Below are positions 17,084 through 24,087 of a DNA stretch of 36,606 bases, piece after piece. The stretch lies in the NCBI GenBank assembly GCA_964553595.1, contig CAZKLH010000001.1, positions 1-36,606 of the forward strand. Direction: 5' to 3'. The stretch is from an uncultured Gammaproteobacteria bacterium. GTDB lineage: Bacteria; Patescibacteriota; Microgenomatia; Levybacterales; UBA12049. The notes under the pieces were generated by a model, which saw only the letters and a program-made list of their open reading frames with translations, had not been told where the DNA came from and searched no databases. How positions within the stretch are numbered: the first letter of the stretch is position 1; every line of letters starts with the position of its first letter. The translations under genes were made by a program, and so were the position numbers.

Positions 17084-17479
17084 TTAACTAAAGCTGTGTT
17101 TTAATTGACCAAAAAATGATGGTCTTTTTTCGTGCTCTTCAGAGTTTTCTTCAATGATATCGTGCGGATCCTTTTCTTGTAGGCGAGTATTTTCATTCGA
17201 TAAATTGTCATTTTCCTTTTTGAGTGCATCAATTGTTTTGAACGCTTCTTTGAGCTTTGCATCCTTATCTCGTATGGAAAGTGTCGATGAAATAGTATCA
17301 ATTATGCTCATAAGCCAGCTTATAAAAATGCCAAGCAACATTGACCCGATTACTATGACGTACAGAGGCACTCCGGGTACAAGAAAATTGGCTATTACAA
17401 TATGCGCAACTCCAGTATTCTGTGTTGCAAAAGAGGCCATTCCTAGTCCAAAAATAACGAGTAAAAGTAGTGAGATCAT
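17084..17479 (-). CDS. LapA/DUF1049-like two-TM membrane protein with a C-terminal coiled coil
   Basis: Two TM helices flank QNTGVAHIVIANFL, a LapA-domain-like arrangement. A DKDAKLKEAFKTIDALKKENDNLSNENTRLQEK coiled coil follows. Confidence 0.6.
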   Translation of the reverse strand: MISLLLLVIFGLGMASFATQNTGVAHIVIANFLVPGVPLYVIVIGSMLLGIFISWLMSIIDTISSTLSIRDKDAKLKEAFKTIDALKKENDNLSNENTRLQEKDPHDIIEENSEEHEKRPSFFGQLKHSFS

Positions 17480-17596
17480 ATGTATAATTAAACGAGATTT
17501 ATTTAGTAAATATGCTAAAAAATAGTAAGAATCTTGTAAATTATGTCTCTTGTCATGCTCTTCAGCAATTTGTCGAGGTTCATGCTATAATATGGT

Positions 17597-18091
17597 ATGG
17601 TTTTTAATAGAAGTAATCGAGGTGGGCGTGACTTTAACAGACGAAGCTTTAACGGTGGTCGAGATGGAGACAGGCAAATGTTTAAAGCAATCTGCAGCAA
17701 CTGCGGAAAAGAATGCGAAGTGCCTTTTCGACCCACAGGAAATAAGCCTGTGTATTGCAGCGATTGTTTCCGAACCATGGGTATGGGTGGAGGCAATGAT
17801 TCAAGACGCTTCGACGACAGAGATTCTAGACGGCCACAATTCGACAATGGCAGCAGAGGCGCATTCCAACCTAACTATAAAGAACAGTTTGAGGCACTCA
17901 ATAACAAACTCGATAAGATCTTAAAATTGCTCAATCCAGAAACATCTGGGGAAGCACAAAAAGTAATTGCAGGGCCTCAAGTTGAGAATCTACGGCCAAT
18001 TAAGAAAGCAAAAGTGAAAAAGCAGATCTCAGTTGAAAGTCAGGCAGTTCCAGCAATAACAGCATCCCCTACCGAAACTCCCACAGAATAA
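17597..18091 (+). CDS. CxxC-x17-CxxC zinc-ribbon protein with an Arg/Gly-rich N-terminus
   Basis: CSNC-GKECEVPFRPTGNKPVY-CSDC has exactly 17 residues between the two CxxC pairs (counted). The flanking RGGRDFNRRSFNGGRDGDR is low-complexity. The start lies 5 nt after the extended -10 TGCTATAAT (17583-17591). Confidence 0.75.
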   Translation: MVFNRSNRGGRDFNRRSFNGGRDGDRQMFKAICSNCGKECEVPFRPTGNKPVYCSDCFRTMGMGGGNDSRRFDDRDSRRPQFDNGSRGAFQPNYKEQFEALNNKLDKILKLLNPETSGEAQKVIAGPQVENLRPIKKAKVKKQISVESQAVPAITASPTETPTE

Positions 18092-18105
18092 ATGCTTGAT
18101 CTTCC

Positions 18106-19002
18106 TTATGCGCAATTTGCAACTGCAATTGATAGCTTATCAAATATTTCGTCCTCAGGATCTAATTCCCCAGTATTTTTTTCAAAATAATCCTGTAATA
18201 TTGCAAATTCTTGATTCGTAAGAAAATCGCCTTGCAAGGTTCTCTTTAAGATCGCGGGTCTCCTCAAAAAACTCCAGAGTTGTTCATTAACTTCCTTAAC
18301 TGATTCTCCTATTTCCAATCTCCAAGTTTTTACCCATCTATGTAATGTGGCAAGTGGAATATTTGCATCCTCTGCTATTTGTGTTAATGTTTCCCCTTTT
18401 TTCTGTAAAGCTTTAACTTTTTCGTATGGTTTTTTACCTAATTTTTGTTTTATTTTTCTCATCATGTCTGTGCGAATTTTTCTTGAAGAGGCCTCAACTC
18501 TTTTTTCTTTTTCATCAGGAGCTAGATGTCTCCAATATGCTTTTACAGATGCGACTCTTTTGGATATTGCGTTGATAGTCCCCTTTTTTACCCTATCTCG
18601 CTTCATCGGATCCTGCATTGCAATTGTCATCGCATCGTTTCTAGATCTTGAAGGGATACCAAATTTCTTCATCCATAGAGCAGGTGTTTTGTTGCCAGGT
18701 TTACCTAAGCCAACGAAAACACCTATATCTTCTATTCCCATGCCTTGGTCGTATAATCTTCTGAGTAAAACTTCAATAGGTTCTCCAAATCGTGTTTCAA
18801 TCTCTAACATTTTTGGCGTTTTTCGGGTAGGACTCTGTATAGGATCTGAAGATGAGAAAACCACTACTGCTTCTCCAAGTTTTACCGCATTGTCGGATAC
18901 ATTGTTTAATCCTTCAATTCGAGATTTCTGTTCCCCAATGGTTTGCAATAATGGTCTTTCACGTTGAACTATTGATGGCCTACGAAGAATTTCGATACTC
19001 AT
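18106..19002 (-). CDS. 298-aa protein with two helix-turn-helix-like segments
   Basis: The two HTH-like segments are GMGIEDIGVFVGLGKPGNKTPALWMKKFGI and GETLTQIAEDANIPLATLHRWVK. I set the start at ATG 19002, 7 nt after TATATT, with TTGATT 17 nt upstream. Confidence 0.7.
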   Translation of the reverse strand: MSIEILRRPSIVQRERPLLQTIGEQKSRIEGLNNVSDNAVKLGEAVVVFSSSDPIQSPTRKTPKMLEIETRFGEPIEVLLRRLYDQGMGIEDIGVFVGLGKPGNKTPALWMKKFGIPSRSRNDAMTIAMQDPMKRDRVKKGTINAISKRVASVKAYWRHLAPDEKEKRVEASSRKIRTDMMRKIKQKLGKKPYEKVKALQKKGETLTQIAEDANIPLATLHRWVKTWRLEIGESVKEVNEQLWSFLRRPAILKRTLQGDFLTNQEFAILQDYFEKNTGELDPEDEIFDKLSIAVANCA

Positions 19003-19009
19003 AAAGGAG

Positions 19010-19047
19010 AATATACAGCAAATTGAGGTCAAAATCAAACTATAAGC
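19010..19047 (-). promoter_or_regulatory. Promoter of the double-HTH gene: GCTTATAGt-TTGATT-17-TATATT-7-ATG
   Basis: Read directly from the sequence. The upstream motif is a 7-of-9 variant of TCCTATAGT. Confidence 0.5.
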
Positions 19048-19425
19048 CTCTATTTACTGAATATCAAAATCCTTCCGAGATTCTTCAAAAAATGAGGATT
19101 GTTTTCCTATACTTTTCTTTTCCCATTCTTACATAAATTTTATATATCACTGTTACACTTCGGGTAGATAATATGAATACCTTTACAACAACTAACGCAG
19201 GAAACACAATTTTATCCAATAATGTATTTGGTGGATCTCTTTCTCATACGAGTTTCATGTGGGATAACCTAATCATCGAAAAACGTATTTCGATAAGCTG
19301 GCTATATAAACTCTTCAAAGGAAGTATTTTCCACGCTTTTTGGGTAGTATTATCATCGTCTGTAGCATAAATACACAAAAGAGGATTAGAATCTTTCTTG
19401 AGGCTTGAGGCAAATCGATAGGGCC

Positions 19426-19632
19426 CTACTCTTTGGGGATTAATTTGGTAGCAGCTTCAATGCTCGTATTTATTGTGATGAGTTGAATTCCACTTTGTAC
19501 GCCAGAAATCTCATCGGTAAATTCATGCAATCTTACAACAACAGGTCCATGGATTCTGCCATCGATACCCTCAACAGCTTCATTTTCAGGAATTTTATAC
19601 ATGTTGGAATTTCCAATTCTTTCTGGTGGCAT
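19426..19632 (-). CDS. 68-aa hypothetical protein
   Basis: I set the start at ATG 19632 (MPPERIG...), 8 nt after TACAAT, with TTGACT 17 nt upstream. I recognise no domain. Confidence 0.5.
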   Translation of the reverse strand: MPPERIGNSNMYKIPENEAVEGIDGRIHGPVVVRLHEFTDEISGVQSGIQLITINTSIEAATKLIPKE

Positions 19633-19640
19633 AGAGATAC

Positions 19641-19679
19641 ATTGTATCAGGAAAAGTATCAAAAGTCAAAACTATAGGA
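19641..19679 (-). promoter_or_regulatory. Promoter of the 68-aa gene: TCCTATAGtt-TTGACT-17-TACAAT-8-ATG
   Basis: Read directly from the sequence. The 9-mer copy is at plus strand 19671-19679. Confidence 0.55.
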
Positions 19680-19739
19680 TTATTTGAGAGATGAATTGAG
19701 GCATTTTCAGCTCTGGGGAAAGAGGAGGTTAGAACAAAA

Positions 19740-20447
19740 CTAATGAGCTTTTAAGTAATACAGGTCAACTTTTCCTTTTTGTCTCGATTTGGCATCAAGC
19801 TCCTTTAATTTCATTACGGCAGTAGGCAGTACGGTATAGAAAGGCATGCCAAAGAGTAGTAAACCATCTTCACTTACACTTTCGTCAACATCAAGGTTGA
19901 TATCAGGATAAGAACCACCACTAAAAAAAGCTTGTCCATCTCCATCTCGACAGACAAAGAAATCCACCTGTACTCTATTGGCTTCGAGCTGTTTTCTTTT
20001 TTGCGGATCTGCCATCATTTTTAGAAAATCCGGGTCACCATAGAACGGTAGCATGTTAACTCGATAAATGTCTCTTCCTTCCCTTTTCATGGGTCCATGA
20101 ATACTTTCTAATTCAGGAGTGATGGATGTGAAGTAATCCTCTGGTATTAAAAAATCGACATCGGAATGTTCTCTGTATACTTCTCCTGTTGCTACAGCAC
20201 ATCCGACCCCACCTATTAAATATCCGTTTGGTTTTAATGTGTCTGGACTTGTCATCCTTCGGGAGAATGAATACGCTGTCGAAACTGCAAGATATGTCTT
20301 TTGGCTACGTCTAAGTAGTTCATCGCTGGTTCTGGGTGAGGGGTTGAGTAACCTAACTCTTCCGGTTTGATCTTGACTAGTAAAAATCTTACGTAACTGT
20401 TCGGGTGTTGGTTCAGGATTTCTCCGTGGTAATTCACCAATTGGCAT
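19740..20447 (-). CDS. Pol-beta-superfamily nucleotidyltransferase, Lnu(A)/ANT(2'')-like, with an N-terminal extension of about 75 aa
   Basis: GYLIGGVGCAVATGEVYREHSDVDFLIPE matches the GG.G.....G...REH.D.D signature seen in lincosamide and aminoglycoside-2'' nucleotidyltransferases. The leaderless ATG lies 6 nt after TAGAAT. Confidence 0.7.
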   Translation of the reverse strand: MPIGELPRRNPEPTPEQLRKIFTSQDQTGRVRLLNPSPRTSDELLRRSQKTYLAVSTAYSFSRRMTSPDTLKPNGYLIGGVGCAVATGEVYREHSDVDFLIPEDYFTSITPELESIHGPMKREGRDIYRVNMLPFYGDPDFLKMMADPQKRKQLEANRVQVDFFVCRDGDGQAFFSGGSYPDINLDVDESVSEDGLLLFGMPFYTVLPTAVMKLKELDAKSRQKGKVDLYYLKAH

Positions 20448-20453
20448 GGAGCT

Positions 20454-20491
20454 ATTCTATCAAAGATATCTTTGGAATGCAACTATAGGAT
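20454..20491 (-). promoter_or_regulatory. NTase promoter: TCCTATAG-TTGCAT-17-TAGAAT-6-ATG
   Basis: All elements were located by direct reading. The 9-mer TCCTATAGT (plus strand 20482-20490) overlaps the first base of the -35. Confidence 0.55.
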
Positions 20492-20532
20492 GTTTTCGCA
20501 ATTGCTCTGCCTGCAAGAGAGGACATTAGAAC

Positions 20533-20931
20533 TTATTTTTTGTAATACGCCACTATGTTTTGAGACGCTGTTCGTGCTAAATCAATGAAAGTTGCTATTT
20601 GTGTTCTGCTCATTCCGGACATTTCGAAGCGTTGGTGATTTCTATCAGTAGCTCGGTCAACGTTTCTGTTTTCCTCAGCTCTTATCTCACCAGTTATTGC
20701 AACTGCTGCAAAATCTGTTGCAGCTCGTGATACTGCTCTTTTTTGGCGGCGAGTTAGACCCGTTAGTTTGTCGCTAAAAGCAGGATCTGTAGCCAACATT
20801 CTTCTTGCACCATCTCCATTTGCTCTTTTGAATTCTTGACGTGTTCTTAATCTTTCTGCGTCTTCTGCAAATCTTTGATGGTCAATATCTGGTTTTCTAG
20901 AAAACCCTGGAAAATATTCACCACTATACAT
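20533..20931 (-). CDS. 132-aa hypothetical, Arg-rich, probably helical protein
   Basis: Promoter geometry is TTGCAT-16-TATAAT-7-ATG. It has an internal duplicated D-x-x-HQRF motif (DIDHQRF and DRNHQRF). I recognise no domain. Confidence 0.6.
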   Translation of the reverse strand: MYSGEYFPGFSRKPDIDHQRFAEDAERLRTRQEFKRANGDGARRMLATDPAFSDKLTGLTRRQKRAVSRAATDFAAVAITGEIRAEENRNVDRATDRNHQRFEMSGMSRTQIATFIDLARTASQNIVAYYKK

Positions 20932-20938
20932 GTCGGAA

Positions 20939-20966
20939 ATTATATCACACTTTCAGATGTATGCAA
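20939..20966 (-). promoter_or_regulatory. Promoter of the 132-aa gene: TTGCAT-16-TATAAT-7-ATG
   Basis: Read directly from the sequence. Confidence 0.55.
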
Positions 20967-21055
20967 CACCTCGCGAAATATAAATGATTAGACTGCAATG
21001 TCAGCCTTATCATCATGTCCTGTTGGGCTCCGAGGAGTAGAGGAGATGGATCTAT

Positions 21056-21289
21056 CTACTTTACTAAAAGATCATTGAGGGTTTTTGTTTTTTGTATTCC
21101 TTGCCCTAATTTAATAAACTCTTTTGCAGCATCTCGGAAAATTTTTCCTTCAGCAGGCATGCCTATGTTGTAAAAGTGTCTTGATACTCCTTTCCAATAT
21201 ATGGCACTGTATGCAGCTATTTTTCTTCCAGAGGGTAAAACATCTTGCGTTGAAGATGCTCCCCTGAGATTTTCTTGCCTGCTATTCAT
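21056..21289 (-). CDS. 77-aa hypothetical protein
   Basis: Promoter geometry is TTGAAA-17-TATAAT-6-ATG. I recognise no domain. Confidence 0.5.
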   Translation of the reverse strand: MNSRQENLRGASSTQDVLPSGRKIAAYSAIYWKGVSRHFYNIGMPAEGKIFRDAAKEFIKLGQGIQKTKTLNDLLVK

Positions 21290-21295
21290 ACGGAG

Positions 21296-21324
21296 ATTAT
21301 AGTAAATGAGCAGTCGCCTTTCAA
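21296..21324 (-). promoter_or_regulatory. Promoter of the 77-aa gene: TTGAAA-17-TATAAT-6-ATG
   Basis: Read directly from the sequence. Confidence 0.55.
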
Positions 21325-21483
21325 GTATACCTTACTTCTGAGGGTAATGACATTAATTAGATTGTAATACCAACCTAACTCACATGTTCTATTCAGCTCA
21401 GATGGATAGAGGTTGTTAGAACTTTCTTCTGCAGCACATTAGAATCTATTGTTCGCTCTATAACTTTGTAGTATTATCTAGCT

Positions 21484-21864
21484 ATGGAAGCAATCAAGCA
21501 GTCGTATCGTATTAAAGCCTCGGTTGCAGATGTGTGGCAAGCGCTTGTTAACCCTAAAATTATAGAAAAATGGGGCGGTGGCCCGGCAAAAATGAATGAG
21601 AAAGTAGGTTTTAAGTTTTCTTTGTGGGGTGGAGATATTCATGGCACAAATAAAGAAGTTGTTACAGAGAAAAAGTTGGTTCAGGAATGGTATGGTGGTG
21701 GTTGGTCAGCGCCATCACTTCTTACTTTTACATTGCATGGAGATACTACTGAAACCACTGTTGACTTGCTGCAAGAAGACGTTCCCGATGCTGAGCATAA
21801 AAATATTAGTGATGGGTGGAAAGACTACTACATGGGCCCGCTCAAAAAGCTTCTCGAGGAATAA
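21484..21864 (+). CDS. SRPBCC-superfamily protein, AHSA1 (Aha1-like) domain
   Basis: 126 aa. The ASVADVWQALVNPKIIEKWGGGPA ... LVQEW ... pattern is typical of the Aha1/START-like domain. Confidence 0.8.
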   Translation: MEAIKQSYRIKASVADVWQALVNPKIIEKWGGGPAKMNEKVGFKFSLWGGDIHGTNKEVVTEKKLVQEWYGGGWSAPSLLTFTLHGDTTETTVDLLQEDVPDAEHKNISDGWKDYYMGPLKKLLEE

Positions 21865-24087
21865 TTATAAACTTAGATATTCGTCCCACGCTAATACATG
21901 AAGATCATTAAGCGTTTTTGTAGTGAGTGCCTTTATAAATAGTTCTGCTTTTTGGCGGTTGGTGTAGAGAGGAATATTTTGGTCAATGGCAGAACGTCTA
22001 ATTGCATAATCGTCGTCGATATCTTTTTTTACTTCTGTGTCTACCAAATTAATTGCCAAATCGACAGTATTTTTTTGAAAAAGTGTTAAAAGGTTTGGTT
22101 GTTTCTTCTCGTGAATTTTATACACAGGTTTTGTAAATACACCATTTTTGCTCAAAAACGCCGCGGTTTTTTCTGTTGCAAACAAAGGCAATTTCATTTT
22201 TTGTAATTGTCTTGCTGCGTCTAAGAATTTTACCTTATTTACTTCTCCACCAAGGCTAATAAACACTCCTTTGTGTGGAATTTTTCCACCAACCGCAAGC
22301 TCCCCTTTTAAAAACGCTTCTTCGATATCTTGCCCAAAGCACGCGACTTCCCCAGTTGATGCCATTTCTACGTTGAGCATTGGATCGGCACCTGTGAGTC
22401 TGGAAAAAGAAAACTGCGGGACTTTTACTGCAACGAATTTTAGTGGAGGCAACTTGTATTGCTTTTTATCTGGCACATCGAAAAATGCATCAACAGCAAG
22501 GGTTATTAGGTCAATTCCTGTTACTTTTGCGATAAAGGGAAATGTTCGGGAGGACCGCAGATTTACTTCGATAACCGAAACCTCGTTATCTTTTGCCAAA
22601 AATTGAATATTAAATGGACCGCTAATAGAAAGTGCTTTTGCGAGTTTTTTTCCGATGTCTTCTATTTTGTTTTTGGTTTCTATATAAATTTTTTGAGGAG
22701 GAAGCACAATCGATGCGTCTCCTGAATGCACACCAGCGTTTTCAACGTGCTCTGAAATCACATGTGCTGTGATAACTCCTTTTTTGGCAATTGCATCAAG
22801 CTCGATTTCTTTTGCATCTTCTATAAATTTTGATACAGTTACTGGATATTCTTTAGAAACAAGCGAGGCCTCTTTGAGAAAATAGGTCAGTTCTTCCTCG
22901 GTGTGACACACATGCATCATGGTTCCCGACAATACATACGAAGGTCGTATCAAAACAGGAAATCCAACATCTGCACAAAAAGCAAGTGCACTTTCTAAAT
23001 TGGTAAACGAGTTCCAGGCTGGTTGTTTGATAGAAAGTTGATCAAGGAGTTTCGAAAACTTCCCTCTATCCTCTGCTTTGTCTATATCTTTTGGATCGGT
23101 TCCCAAAATGTGAAAACCGTAGGATTGGAGTGATTGTGCTCGGTTATTTGGTGTTTGCCCGCCAACAGAAATAATAATTCCATAAGGGTTTTCGAATTCA
23201 TAAATATCTGCAATTCTCTCAAATGTTAACTCTTCGAAATATAATCTGTCGGAAATATCGTAGTCTGTTGAAACTGTTTCTGGGTTGCAGTTAATAACAA
23301 TGGATTGTTTCCCATGCTTCTTAAGATTCAAAACAGTATTCACGCTTGTCCAATCAAATTCAACCGAGGATCCAATTCTGTATGGTCCAGATCCTAAGAC
23401 AATAACTCCTTCTTTGTTTGTCGGTAGTACATCGTTGTGACTTCCGTTATACGTAACATATAAATAGTTTGTTTTTGCGGGGAATTCACCAGCGAGCGTA
23501 TCTATTTGGAAAACCGAAGGTGTGATTCCAAGTTTTTTTCGAAGCGCTCGAATCGCAAGACCGGTTGTTCCGACACGTTCTCCAATGCGCTTGTCTGAAA
23601 AACCGAGTTGTTTTAAAGCGAGTAATTGCTCTTTTGTGATTTTTTTAATATCTGGAGAAATATTTTTTTCAAGAGTAACGATATTTTTAATTCTGTATAA
23701 AAACCATGGATCGATGCCAGTAAGTTTGTATACTTTTTCAACCGTCATGTTTTGTTTAAATGCCTGTGCTATTGCAAACATGCGGGTTGGTGTTGGGTTT
23801 TCCAAAAGCGATTCAAGAGGCTTTTTTATTTGTATTATTTTTTCGTTTATTGCGCCCTCAAAGTCTAAGTCAAGCATTCGTATTGCTTTTTGATATGCTT
23901 CTTCAAATGTTCTGCCAATTCCCATGACTTCTCCAACCGACTTCATGCTGCTGCCTATTTTTTCGTCTGCTTTTTTGAATTTTCCCATGTCCCATCTGGG
24001 AATTTTTACTGTAATATAATCAAGCGCTGGTTCGAAACAAAATTGTGTTTTTTTGTATAGTTTATTTTGCAATAATGTTAATTTTTT
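21865..24087 (-). CDS. carB: Carbamoyl-phosphate synthase large subunit, the portion downstream of an in-frame TGA (equivalent to about residue 328 to the end)
   Basis: It continues in the same frame as the N-terminal fragment. FEPALDYITVKIPRWDMGKF and SVGEVMGIGRTFEEAYQKAIR match CarB, and the second ATP-grasp half and an MGS-like tail are present. There is no ATG and no SD at the junction. The track starts at TTG 24072. Confidence 0.85.
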   Translation of the reverse strand, partial: KKLTLLQNKLYKKTQFCFEPALDYITVKIPRWDMGKFKKADEKIGSSMKSVGEVMGIGRTFEEAYQKAIRMLDLDFEGAINEKIIQIKKPLESLLENPTPTRMFAIAQAFKQNMTVEKVYKLTGIDPWFLYRIKNIVTLEKNISPDIKKITKEQLLALKQLGFSDKRIGERVGTTGLAIRALRKKLGITPSVFQIDTLAGEFPAKTNYLYVTYNGSHNDVLPTNKEGVIVLGSGPYRIGSSVEFDWTSVNTVLNLKKHGKQSIVINCNPETVSTDYDISDRLYFEELTFERIADIYEFENPYGIIISVGGQTPNNRAQSLQSYGFHILGTDPKDIDKAEDRGKFSKLLDQLSIKQPAWNSFTNLESALAFCADVGFPVLIRPSYVLSGTMMHVCHTEEELTYFLKEASLVSKEYPVTVSKFIEDAKEIELDAIAKKGVITAHVISEHVENAGVHSGDASIVLPPQKIYIETKNKIEDIGKKLAKALSISGPFNIQFLAKDNEVSVIEVNLRSSRTFPFIAKVTGIDLITLAVDAFFDVPDKKQYKLPPLKFVAVKVPQFSFSRLTGADPMLNVEMASTGEVACFGQDIEEAFLKGELAVGGKIPHKGVFISLGGEVNKVKFLDAARQLQKMKLPLFATEKTAAFLSKNGVFTKPVYKIHEKKQPNLLTLFQKNTVDLAINLVDTEVKKDIDDDYAIRRSAIDQNIPLYTNRQKAELFIKALTTKTLNDLHVLAWDEYLSL

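Noticed and set aside
18347-18967. Long antisense or alternative-frame ORFs in the track (for example 18347-18967, 7862-8251, 22148-22606, 31623-32030, 32640-33101, 11612-12013, 17154-17525)
   Set aside because: All lie entirely within, and opposite or out of frame to, genes with strong homology signatures or better start-site evidence. They are typical shadow ORFs of low-GC DNA.
19173-19370. A 65-aa plus-strand ORF in the 420-bp spacer between the double-HTH gene and the 68-aa gene
   Set aside because: It has no SD and does not fit the leaderless -10 spacing seen at neighbouring genes. The composition is not protein-like (Asn/Thr/Ser/Phe-rich). I left it uncalled, and the spacer remains unexplained.
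20533-20931. Calling the 132-aa protein a HEPN toxin paired with an MNT-type NTase
   Set aside because: Only a loose Rx5H match exists. The NTase is of the Lnu/ANT(2'') type rather than the minimal MNT type, and each gene has its own promoter. I kept it as a hypothesis to test, not an annotation.
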